Assembly (NCBI GenBank): GCA_026707285.1
Contig: JAPOXD010000045.1
Coordinates: forward strand, 29,384 to 93,383
Reading direction: 5' to 3'
Length of the DNA stretch: 64,000 bases
DNA from: Chloroflexota bacterium
Lineage (GTDB): Bacteria; Chloroflexota; UBA11872
Both the position numbers and the translations under genes were made by a program. This document shows, piece after piece, positions 1 through 8,291 of this stretch; the stretch's first letter is position 1, and the number at the start of each line of letters is the position of its first letter. Under the pieces are notes generated by a model. That model made no database searches. It was not told where the DNA came from and saw only the letters and a program-made list of their open reading frames with translations.

Positions 1-261
1 GGTGGCGTGCGCGTCGTCCGCGTAGTTGATGCGGATCAGATCATCCCGCCATACGTCGTCGACCATCTCCCAGTCGCCAAGCGGCAAGCGGTCCGACCGA
101 TAGGTGCTCTTGTTCTTGATTGGCGTGCCGGCGGCGAGGTAGAGGGCCGTGATTCGCTCGGTGTCGGCGATCACCGTCGTGGGCATGGCGATTTGGAATC
201 GCTCGCCCCACACGCTGCGCACGACGACCTGATCGCCGGGACGCCAAGGCTGGACGGTCAC
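1..261 (-). CDS. hypothetical protein, N-terminal part only (gene runs off the left edge)
   Basis: Not in the ORF track because there is no stop in the window. The minus-strand frame is open from GTG (261-259) to position 1, 87 codons: VTVQPWRPGDQVVVRSVWGERFQIAMPTTVIADTERITALYLAAGTPIKNKSTYRSDRLPLGDWEMVDDVWRDDLIRINYADDAHAT. An in-frame stop lies just upstream at 288-286. Codon position 3 is strongly G/C biased. There is only a weak DUF402-like impression, so no function is assigned. Confidence 0.5.
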   Translation of the reverse strand, partial: MTVQPWRPGDQVVVRSVWGERFQIAMPTTVIADTERITALYLAAGTPIKNKSTYRSDRLPLGDWEMVDDVWRDDLIRINYADDAHAT

Positions 262-325
262 CGCACGCTCGGCGTGGTCCCGAGGCTATTCACCCGCTCG
301 TCCCAGTCGCAGCAGCCGCCGGTCG

Positions 326-712
326 CTATCCGATGGGCTGATGGAAGTACCAGCAGAGCCCGTCCGGCGCGACGACAAAGAACACCTGGAACCTCTGCCC
401 GTCGCGTTCGTCCACCCGCCAGTTCGCGGTGGCGACGCCGTTGGCCTCCAGCTCCTGCCGGGCGCGGTGGATGTCGCTCACTAGGATGGCCGCACCGTCC
501 ATGCTGGCATCGCCGCCGTTCACGGCGAAGCCGAGCCGCACGCCGTCTCGCTGCATGAACACGGTGGGAACGGGGCTGTCCCGGCGCTCCGCCTCGGCGA
601 GGCCGAAGGATCTGGCGTACCACTCCGAGGCCTGATCGAGGTCCGTGACAGGCAGCGCGAGCACGTCGTCCTGGAAGGGGTAGGCCGCTTCGAACAGGGG
701 GGCGTCACTCAT
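326..712 (-). CDS. VOC (glyoxalase/bleomycin-resistance/dioxygenase) family protein
   Basis: ORF 326..754. Start moved to ATG 712 (MSDAPLFEAAYPF...), which overlaps the stop of the upstream gene by 8 nt (ATGAGTGA). The sequence pattern is typical of small VOC-fold proteins (LGFAVNGGD...AILVSDIHRARQELEANGV...DGQRFQVFFVVAPDGLCWYF). Confidence 0.65.
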   Translation of the reverse strand: MSDAPLFEAAYPFQDDVLALPVTDLDQASEWYARSFGLAEAERRDSPVPTVFMQRDGVRLGFAVNGGDASMDGAAILVSDIHRARQELEANGVATANWRVDERDGQRFQVFFVVAPDGLCWYFHQPIG

Positions 713-1283
713 CGGCGGATTCCCGCGGTTGAGGGGCCACTTGCAATGCCGCAAACGCCCACAGCAGGAAGACCAGGGCCCGCAGCGGATTGAGCGCTTC
801 CCAGAGAATGCCGTGGTTGATGAAGTAGGCGTTGATGAAGACCACGGTTCCGAGCGCGGCGAAGACCGCGGCGCCGATGCCGTCCCAAAAGCCGCCGCGA
901 CTCCAGAGTGCGACCACGGCCACGGTGGTGCATCCCAGGAACAGCGGGTTGATCATCTTCCAGACGTTGCCGAAGTGCGCGGAGGACAACACTTCCGTGT
1001 ACGTGTTGAGAAAGACGATTACGGCCAGAACGGTCAGGAGCAGGCTGCGGGTCCAGGTCACACTGCGAGTGCCGCGCCAGATCCACCAGACGCCGGGGAT
1101 GCCCATGAGCAGCGCGCCAATCTGCCAGAGCCGCCAGGTCCAGTTGTCGGTCGATGCGAGGCCCGGCCGACTGAACATGCCGGTCTGGTCGCCCCAGGCG
1201 AACAGCGCGACGCCGAGAATGGCCGCGGTGACGAGCGCTTCGGCGGCGCCCAGATCACGATGTCGATACAAGCTAGTCATCAC
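705..1283 (-). CDS. hypothetical integral membrane protein (~6 hydrophobic segments)
   Basis: ORF 705..1283, 192 aa, Trp-rich hydrophobic segments. Translationally coupled to the downstream VOC gene. No family recognised. Confidence 0.6.
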   Translation of the reverse strand: MMTSLYRHRDLGAAEALVTAAILGVALFAWGDQTGMFSRPGLASTDNWTWRLWQIGALLMGIPGVWWIWRGTRSVTWTRSLLLTVLAVIVFLNTYTEVLSSAHFGNVWKMINPLFLGCTTVAVVALWSRGGFWDGIGAAVFAALGTVVFINAYFINHGILWEALNPLRALVFLLWAFAALQVAPQPRESADE

Positions 1284-1516
1284 GTGCCTCGCAATTCACG
1301 CCTGCGGTGGTTATGGTCCCACGCTGCACGCAGCGCGTGCCACCGGGCAGGCGCATCACCGGAATGTCGGAAATGGTCGTGCAGCGGCCGGTTTCAAGCG
1401 CGCCCGTGCGAGGCAAGGCCGACTCGCCGCGCGGACGACGATGGACGGTTTGAGCGTCGTGTCCAAGACTAAGGGCGGGCCGGACGCTGGTCCGCCTACT
1501 GGCTAGGAATATCCAC

Positions 1517-2863
1517 ATGATTCGTCCGTTGCTCGAGCGACTGGAGGCGCGGGCGTCGGCGGGCCGACCCGTGACGGTGGCGCTGGCGGGCGCCGGTCGG
1601 TTTGGGACGAGCATCGCGGCGCAGATTGCGCAGATGGACGGCCTGCGGCTCGCGGCGGTGGCCGATCCAAACGCGCAAAACGGCGCGGAGGCCTTGCGCG
1701 CCGCCGGCTGGGCGGACGACCAGTTGCAGCGCTGCGAGAGCCCGGTCGCCGCGCAGGCGGCCGTTGAAGCGGGCAACGCCGCGCTGGCGCCCGACGCTGA
1801 CGCGTTGGCCTCCGCGCCCGTCGAGGTGTTCGTGGACGCGACCGGCATCCCGGAGGTGGCTGCCCACAACGCCTGGGCGGCGTTGCGCGGAGGCCGCCAC
1901 GTCGTCATGGTGACGGTCGAGGCCGATGTGAGCTGCGGCTGGGCCTTGGCGCGGGAGGCGCGGCGGCAGGGCGTGGTCTACACGCTTGCCGCCGGCGACC
2001 AGCCAATCGCCATCATGGAGCTGTTCGACTGGGCCGTCGCGTTGGGTCTGGAAACCGTGGCCGTGGGGCGCGGGACGCGGCTCTACCCGCACGACCGCCA
2101 CGGGGACGCCGACCAGGCCCTGGCGAGGCTCGGCTACGACGCGGAGACGGCGGGCCGTCTCCGACTGAACGCGCAGATGTACAACTCGTTCCGTGACGGC
2201 ACCAAGTCTCAGATCGAGATGTGCGCCGTGTCCAACATGACGGGTCTGCCGCCGGACCGCCGCGGCATGCACGAGCCGTCGGCCGGCCTCAACGAGCTGG
2301 CCGACCTGTTCGCGCCGCGCGACGCCGGCGGTCTGCTGCACCGGACGGGCGTGGTCGATCTGGCGAACGCCGTGGCGCCCGACGGTGCGTCCGAGATTCC
2401 GGAGCACATCGCCACCGGCGTGTGGGCCGTGGTCACGTGCGACGACGAGCGCGTGCGCGAGGACTTGCGCATTCACGGCACGCGCGTCTCGCGCGATGGC
2501 GATCGCACGCTGCTGTTTCGCGAGTACCACCTGTGCGGCGTGGAGACGCCGCTGAGCATTGCCCAGGCGGCGCTGCTGGGCGCGGCGTCGGGCGCGCCGC
2601 GCGAGACGCCGACCTCCGAGGTGCTGGCATATGCCAAGCGCGACCTCCAGCCGGGCGACACGCTGGACGGCTCCGGCGGGCGGCTGGTCTACGGCCTGAT
2701 CGACCGGGCGGAAGCGGTGAGCGGCGGCGTGCTGCCGCTGGGACTCGCCTACGGGGCCGTGGTGCGCGAGCCCGTGGCCGCGGATCAGCCAATTCCTGTG
2801 GATGCGGTACGCGTGGTCCAGGACTCATTCGTGGCACGGCTGCGCCAGGAGGCCGGCGCATAG
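1517..2863 (+). CDS. NAD(P)-binding oxidoreductase with C-terminal SAF domain (homoserine-dehydrogenase-like, COG4091-type)
   Basis: 448-aa ORF. N-terminal Rossmann motif (VALAGAGRFGTSIA). The overall pattern resembles predicted homoserine dehydrogenase / SAF-domain proteins (GDQP..IMEL..W...G, C-terminal LQPGDTLDGSGG). Family assignment is from memory of the family, not a search. Confidence 0.6.
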   Translation: MIRPLLERLEARASAGRPVTVALAGAGRFGTSIAAQIAQMDGLRLAAVADPNAQNGAEALRAAGWADDQLQRCESPVAAQAAVEAGNAALAPDADALASAPVEVFVDATGIPEVAAHNAWAALRGGRHVVMVTVEADVSCGWALAREARRQGVVYTLAAGDQPIAIMELFDWAVALGLETVAVGRGTRLYPHDRHGDADQALARLGYDAETAGRLRLNAQMYNSFRDGTKSQIEMCAVSNMTGLPPDRRGMHEPSAGLNELADLFAPRDAGGLLHRTGVVDLANAVAPDGASEIPEHIATGVWAVVTCDDERVREDLRIHGTRVSRDGDRTLLFREYHLCGVETPLSIAQAALLGAASGAPRETPTSEVLAYAKRDLQPGDTLDGSGGRLVYGLIDRAEAVSGGVLPLGLAYGAVVREPVAADQPIPVDAVRVVQDSFVARLRQEAGA

Positions 2864-5139
2864 ACCGCGATGTCGTCGTTGCGCCAGATTCGAGTCCACT
2901 CCGCGTTCGGCGCCCTCGGCGGCTCGACCGACGCCGGCAGGACCGCCAGATTGGGCGCCTGCTCGCCCGGCGGCTCCACCGTCCACGGCGTGGGCGCCTG
3001 CAGGTGTAAGAGTTGCGTGTCCACGGCGCCGGTCAGGTGCGTGTGGGACAGCACCGAGGCGACGCGTAGTCCGTCCAACCAGCCGAGCTCGGGGGCGAGA
3101 TGCACGATCGTTGACGACGGCGCCGCGCGCAGCGCTTCGTATGTCTCGGGATGAGGCTCGACATCGAGCGTCAGGAACGCCTGCCTGACGCGGTAGAGCG
3201 CTTCGGCGCCATCTCGCGCCAGGAGCTCGAACATCCCGGGATCGGCCAACCAGCGCTGCGCCTGCCGCGGCAGCGCAGCCGCCCAATCGTCCGTGGCGTG
3301 GACGTATTCGATGCCCAGCCTCCGGATGGCGTCGGGCTCCAGGTAGCCGACGGCGTCCAGGTACTCCGACCCAGTGAAGAAGATCAGGTGGGACAGATTT
3401 GAGAACCCTGCGCTACCGGGCCGGCCGGTTGCCAGGGACACCGCCCAATAGGGCCACTTGGGCGTCAGCACGCGGGCGTCCAACGGGATGTGGTCGCGGA
3501 TATAGCTCGCCAGCCGGTCCGACATCGCCGGCATTTGAAATCGCCGCATCGACGCCGCCGGGCGCTTGTATTCCAGGTGCTTCGCTGCCCATCCGGCATT
3601 GGCCAGCTGCACACCGCTTCCAACCGCCGTCGCGAGACTGCGCACCGGCCCCGCAATGGTCGGCCAGCCCACGAGGGAGACGATGAGGAGTGGGGCGGCA
3701 AGTCGCCATCGTGTTGACTCCAGGCTTGTTAGCCGGGCGGCCAGCGCGAGCAGCAGCGCCACGAGCGCCAGATTGCGCGCGTGCCCTGCCAGGCGACTGA
3801 GCACCCACGGCGCCGGCGGATAGCTGAGAATCAGCCAGGCCATCACCAGCAGTGCGGCCCCCGCGGCCAGTGCCACGACAAGACGATCGCGGCGCGCCAG
3901 GACAACGGCGACACCCGCCAAGACCGCGGGACCAACGCCCAGCACGCCGATACTCCCCGAACGCGCGTCGAACGCCCCAAGCGCCTGCCAACGCGTTCCA
4001 TTGAGATCCCACGACAGGCCGAGGCCGTTGGCAGGTCCACCGTCAAGGAGCCCGGTGAGGGCGCCCCCGCCGAGGAGCATTAGCGCTACCGCAACCCCGA
4101 GCCCAGCGCCCAGTCGCAGCACTTCGTCGCCCCCGGGCCGCTCTCGCACGATGTGGACGGCCGCCAGAGCGGCCCACAGGACAACCACGACGGGTGCGAG
4201 CGAAGTCACGAGGATGCCGAGGAAGCCGACGATCGCCCCGAGCGTCAGCACGCCGGCCCACGTCGCGCGCTCAGGTCGGGCGGCGTGCTCCAGCACCACG
4301 AAAGTGAGCGCGTATCCCAGGGTGAAGGCCGGCGTCCAGATGTCGTGCAGCGCTGCCGATTCCAACGGCCACGACGGCCCGAGCGACGGCCAGTAGACAT
4401 CGGCCAGTGCTTCCCAAGAGCCGGCCGCCGGGGCGCCAGTCGGCACTGGCAGCCGCAGAATGCCGCCGCCCAGGTTGGTCCACGTCCAGGCGCCGGCCGT
4501 GAGCAGCAGCGGAGCAACGACCAGCGCCACTCGCCACGACCCGCGCCGCAACAGCCCCGTCGCCACCACCAAGGCGAAGGATGTCCAGGCGTAGGCACCC
4601 AGCAGCTCTTGCACGAACGCCAGGTCGGGCCCGATCGGCGGCGTCAGCAGGCCGACCAGCAGGTCCGCGCCGTGGTGATAGCGCACGAGATACCCGGGAT
4701 TCCAGGGCAATTCGGGAGGAAATCCACCCGCCCGCATCCATGCGGCCAAGCCCAGGTGCAGCGTTGGGTCCGGGCTTTCGAGCAGCTGCCGGCTGGCGAG
4801 CGTCAGCCACAGCAGGGCTAGAACGACAGCGGTGAATCCCGCCGCCACCCACGGGCGCGGCCAGACGAAACGACCCGCGCGCCACGCAAGCACCGCGCCC
4901 AGAACCAGCGTGGCTCCCCAGCCGACGGCAGCGCCGGCGAGCCCCGGCAGGACGTAGAGGGCAAAGTTTGTGATCAATCCCCACAGCGCGAGGCCGACCA
5001 CCAGGCCCTGGGCAAGGGCCGCCCGCGCATCGGCCTGCCGCAGGGCCACGCGGACGACGACATAGCCCACCGCGGCCAGCGCCGCGAGCTCCGCCGCCAG
5101 GAGCAAGAGCCCCGGGATGACGGCCGGATCAACGATCAT
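2785..5139 (-). CDS. array paralog P1: polytopic membrane protein, C-terminally truncated copy (784 aa)
   Basis: ORF 2785..5160. Start moved to ATG 5139 (MIVDPAVIPG...) by alignment with the other copies. It has the full membrane core and the first part of the soluble region. Homology to the other copies stops at ...IWRNDDIAVYAP (about 2854-2862). The last 22 codons are unrelated read-through that overlaps the 3' end of the convergent gene 1517..2863. The terminal ~150-aa domain of the other copies is missing. Confidence 0.75.
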   Translation of the reverse strand: MIVDPAVIPGLLLLAAELAALAAVGYVVVRVALRQADARAALAQGLVVGLALWGLITNFALYVLPGLAGAAVGWGATLVLGAVLAWRAGRFVWPRPWVAAGFTAVVLALLWLTLASRQLLESPDPTLHLGLAAWMRAGGFPPELPWNPGYLVRYHHGADLLVGLLTPPIGPDLAFVQELLGAYAWTSFALVVATGLLRRGSWRVALVVAPLLLTAGAWTWTNLGGGILRLPVPTGAPAAGSWEALADVYWPSLGPSWPLESAALHDIWTPAFTLGYALTFVVLEHAARPERATWAGVLTLGAIVGFLGILVTSLAPVVVVLWAALAAVHIVRERPGGDEVLRLGAGLGVAVALMLLGGGALTGLLDGGPANGLGLSWDLNGTRWQALGAFDARSGSIGVLGVGPAVLAGVAVVLARRDRLVVALAAGAALLVMAWLILSYPPAPWVLSRLAGHARNLALVALLLALAARLTSLESTRWRLAAPLLIVSLVGWPTIAGPVRSLATAVGSGVQLANAGWAAKHLEYKRPAASMRRFQMPAMSDRLASYIRDHIPLDARVLTPKWPYWAVSLATGRPGSAGFSNLSHLIFFTGSEYLDAVGYLEPDAIRRLGIEYVHATDDWAAALPRQAQRWLADPGMFELLARDGAEALYRVRQAFLTLDVEPHPETYEALRAAPSSTIVHLAPELGWLDGLRVASVLSHTHLTGAVDTQLLHLQAPTPWTVEPPGEQAPNLAVLPASVEPPRAPNAEWTRIWRNDDIAVYAPASWRSRATNESWTTRTASTGIG

Positions 5140-5273
5140 TCGCCCACTCTCACGCGACACGCCGGCGCCTGCGGCAGGTCACATGGTGCTCCGCGATTGC
5201 GCCGGCGGCAGGTGGAACCGCCGCATGTGCGCCTTGCTAGTCCGATTCGACGCAGACACGGCGTGACGGAACG

Positions 5274-8114
5274 CTACGGCAGCGATTCGCCGCGGACGTT
5301 TTCGTGCACTGAGTAGGTGACCTGACCGTCCTCGGCGATTTCGATCCGCATCACCGGGATGAAGGCAGCCTCCCGCCATTGGTCGGGCCGCCACTCGTGC
5401 TGCAGGCGGAGCGCCAAGACCCAAGTCCCCGCACCCAAGCCGCCCTCCGATGTGTCGAGCGGTACCAAGGCCCCGCGGTCGTTCCGCACGGCCAGGGTGG
5501 CCGCCGCCGCATCGAATTCGTACGAGTGCGTGCTGGTGACCGAATTCGATGAAAGCAGCCCGGCAAACCACTTCGCGGTCGCCGGTCCGCGGCCGCGGTC
5601 GAGAATGGCGGTTGGAATCTCCCACGGCCAAGTGTCCACCCGCACCACCACCCAATCCTGCCCGGTCCATCGCTCCGGCGCTTGGTTGTCGAACGTGGCG
5701 GTAAAGGCGATGCGTCTGTTGCCAAGGTGGGCGTCGACAATCGCGACGGCTACCGGCGGCGTTTCGAGGGCCACGCGGGGCGGCGTTATCGGTGCAACAG
5801 CCCCGCCGGGCGCGTAGACGGCGACCGCCTCGTTGCGCCAGACGGGCTGCCGGGCGCTGGGGGGAAACGCCCACGTCCACAGCTCGACGGACGCCGGGAG
5901 GACGATGAGATCCGGCACGCCCTCGCCAGGCGGCGCCACCGTCCAGGGCACGGGCGTACGCGCGTGCAGCCGCAGCGTGTTGATGGCGCCCACGAGTTGG
6001 GCGTGAGGCAGGACCGACGCGACGCGAAGCCGGTCCAGCCAGTTGGCCTGCGGAGCCAGGTAGACCGTTGTCGATGGCGGCACCGACCGCAGCGCTTCAA
6101 ACGACTCGGGATGCGGCGCCACGTCGAGCTCGAGGAATGCCGGCTGAATGCGATAGAACGCCTCGTCGCCGTCGCGGTAGAGAAGCTCGAACAGGCTCGG
6201 ATCCGCCAGCCACTCGCGGGCCCGAGCCGGCAGCAAATCTACCCAGGAATCGGTGGCGTGAACGTATTCGAGGCCCAAGCGCCGGATGGCGGCCGGCTCC
6301 AGGTAGTGGCGGGCGTCCCAATACTCCGGGCCCGGGTGGTAGATCAGGTAGATCACATCGGCGAAGCCCGCGTTGTTCGGGCGGCCGGTGCCGAGGAACA
6401 CGTTCCAATAGGGCCACTCGGTGGCGAGCACGCGTGCATCCACAGCCGTGTGGTCCCGGATGTAGTCGGCCACGGGCCCCGTCAAGGCCCGCAACTGAAA
6501 CCGGCGCATGGGAACCGTCTCGCCTTGGTCGATCAGTTCGTGTTGCACCCACCGGGCATTGGCCAGTTGCACGCCATTGCCGATTGCCAGGCCCAGACTG
6601 CGCGCGGGCGTCACGACCGTGGGCCAGGTGATCAGCGCGACCAGCACCGCAGCGGCGGCGTAGCGCCAGCGTCCGACTGGGAGGCTGGAAAGGCGCGAAC
6701 TCATCGCGAGCACCAGCGCCACGAGCGAAAGGTTGCGGGCATGTCCCGCGATGCGGTAGGTATCCCAAGGCGCTGGCTGATAGGTGAGCGCGAGCGAAAG
6801 CAGCACCAGCAATCCGGCGCACGCCGCCAGCGTCACCACCAGCCGGTCGCGCCGCGCCAACACCACCGCCGCGCCACCAAGCGCCACCGGCCCCAAGCCC
6901 AGCCGGCCCAGGCCGCCGGGACGCACGTCGAACGAGCCCAGCGCCTGCCAGTGCACCGACTCAATGCCCTGCGCCAGCGTCAGGCCCAACTGTGGCGATC
7001 CGTCCAAGACTCCCGTGAAGGCGCCGCCGCCGCCGAGAACCAGCAGTCCACCCAGGATCGGACCGGCGCCCAGTCGGAGTGCCGCCGGCGCCGGCGGCTC
7101 GGTCCGGCGAGCTCGCAGGAAGTGCATCGCGGCCAGTCCGGCCCAAGCGATCAGGACCACCGGAACGAGGGAGGTCGAGAGGACACCCAGGAAGCCGACC
7201 AATCCCGCGAGCGTCAGCGTCTCTCCCCAGGACCAGCGTTCATGACGCGCCGCGAAGTTCAGCACCACGAAAGCCAGGGCGTATCCTAGCGGAAATCCGG
7301 GCTTCCAAATGTCGGCCAACACGTGTGAGAACGTCGCGCTCGCGGACAGCTCGACGTGCGGCCAATAGACGTCGGTCAGCGAGGCCCGAAGGCCGGCCTC
7401 AGGCAGTCCAGCTGGCAGGGGCAGCTGCAAAACCCCTGCGCCGACGCTGCTGAAGGTCCAGAGTCCGCTGCTCAGCATGAGCGGGGCCGTGACGATCACG
7501 CCGAAGAGCGATGCCCGCTGCAGCAGCGCGGTCGTCACGATCAGGACCAGGGTTGTCCAGGCATAGGCGCCCAAGAGCTCCGAGACGAACGCGAGGTCCG
7601 GTCCGAACGGCGGCGCCAGCAAACCCACGAGGAGATCGGTGCCGTGGTGATAGCGGATGAGCGTGCCCGGGTGCCACGGCAACTCCGGCGGGAATCCACC
7701 CGCGCGGATCGTGGCGGCTAGCCCCAAATGGATCGGCGGATCGGGAATCAGCATCAGCTGGCGGCTGGCGAGCGCCGCCCACATGAGCGCCAGGACCGCG
7801 ACGGCGAAGCCCGCGGCCACCCGCGGCCGCGGACGTAGTATGGCGCGAGGCGCCCGCCACGCCAGGGCGGCACCCAGGGTGAGCGTGACGCTCCAGCCGA
7901 CGGCCGACCCCGCGAGGCCGGGAACCACGTACATGACGAAGTTGGTCATCAGGCCCCAGAGGGCGAGCCCGACCACCAGACCTTGGGCGAGAGCAACGCG
8001 CTCATCGGGTTGCCGCAGCACCACTCGCACGACGACGTAGCCCACCGCCGCTAGGGCGATCAGCTCCGCCGCCAGCAGCAGAAGGCCCGGAATCACGGTC
8101 GGATCGACGGTCAT
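5274..8114 (-). CDS. array paralog P2: polytopic membrane protein with large C-terminal soluble domain (946 aa, A-type C-terminus)
   Basis: ORF 5274..8129. Start moved to ATG 8114 (MTVDPTVIPG...). ~13-14 hydrophobic segments in the first ~560 aa. Conserved motifs FPPE, RYHHG, GLLAPPFGPDLAF, GHARN, TGRPNNAGF, YLEPAAIRRLGLEYVHATD. Shares a 675-bp identical tract with P9. Confidence 0.85.
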   Translation of the reverse strand: MTVDPTVIPGLLLLAAELIALAAVGYVVVRVVLRQPDERVALAQGLVVGLALWGLMTNFVMYVVPGLAGSAVGWSVTLTLGAALAWRAPRAILRPRPRVAAGFAVAVLALMWAALASRQLMLIPDPPIHLGLAATIRAGGFPPELPWHPGTLIRYHHGTDLLVGLLAPPFGPDLAFVSELLGAYAWTTLVLIVTTALLQRASLFGVIVTAPLMLSSGLWTFSSVGAGVLQLPLPAGLPEAGLRASLTDVYWPHVELSASATFSHVLADIWKPGFPLGYALAFVVLNFAARHERWSWGETLTLAGLVGFLGVLSTSLVPVVLIAWAGLAAMHFLRARRTEPPAPAALRLGAGPILGGLLVLGGGGAFTGVLDGSPQLGLTLAQGIESVHWQALGSFDVRPGGLGRLGLGPVALGGAAVVLARRDRLVVTLAACAGLLVLLSLALTYQPAPWDTYRIAGHARNLSLVALVLAMSSRLSSLPVGRWRYAAAAVLVALITWPTVVTPARSLGLAIGNGVQLANARWVQHELIDQGETVPMRRFQLRALTGPVADYIRDHTAVDARVLATEWPYWNVFLGTGRPNNAGFADVIYLIYHPGPEYWDARHYLEPAAIRRLGLEYVHATDSWVDLLPARAREWLADPSLFELLYRDGDEAFYRIQPAFLELDVAPHPESFEALRSVPPSTTVYLAPQANWLDRLRVASVLPHAQLVGAINTLRLHARTPVPWTVAPPGEGVPDLIVLPASVELWTWAFPPSARQPVWRNEAVAVYAPGGAVAPITPPRVALETPPVAVAIVDAHLGNRRIAFTATFDNQAPERWTGQDWVVVRVDTWPWEIPTAILDRGRGPATAKWFAGLLSSNSVTSTHSYEFDAAAATLAVRNDRGALVPLDTSEGGLGAGTWVLALRLQHEWRPDQWREAAFIPVMRIEIAEDGQVTYSVHENVRGESLP

Positions 8115-8291
8115 GCCCGCGCGCTCCACGACACGTCGCGGTGTGGTCCTTCGGTCGCGCCGACTAGACCGCGCGTCGCGAGGCGTGGCATCGGTTTAGC
8201 GCGGGTGAGGCTGGGAGTTTCACCCATCGCGTGCACGCGGAAAGCCCTACGGACGTCCGTCGCTGGCATGTCGACATCTTGCCCGACCTGG

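Noticed and set aside
1284-1516. A possible riboswitch in the 233-nt divergent spacer upstream of the SAF-domain dehydrogenase. Fragments vaguely recall a B12 box (gccaccggg) and the 3' part of the ZTP/pfl motif (ggtccgcctactgg).
   Set aside because: Neither match extends to the conserved cores as I remember them (GCCACTG; CCGCCTGGGC with the GGGTCGTGAC 5' domain). Without a covariance-model scan this is noise-level resemblance.
5682-7289. Very long plus-strand ORFs inside the array (for example 5682..7289, 535 aa; 18306..19871, 521 aa; 27050..28318, 422 aa; 8205..9275; 12190..13089) that might look like antisense genes.
   Set aside because: They lie antisense to the clearly coding minus-strand paralogs. 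Their translations are Arg/Gly/Pro/His-rich low-complexity strings without hydrophobic cores or motifs. Open frames like these are expected on the opposite strand of high-GC genes. I see no independent support for them.
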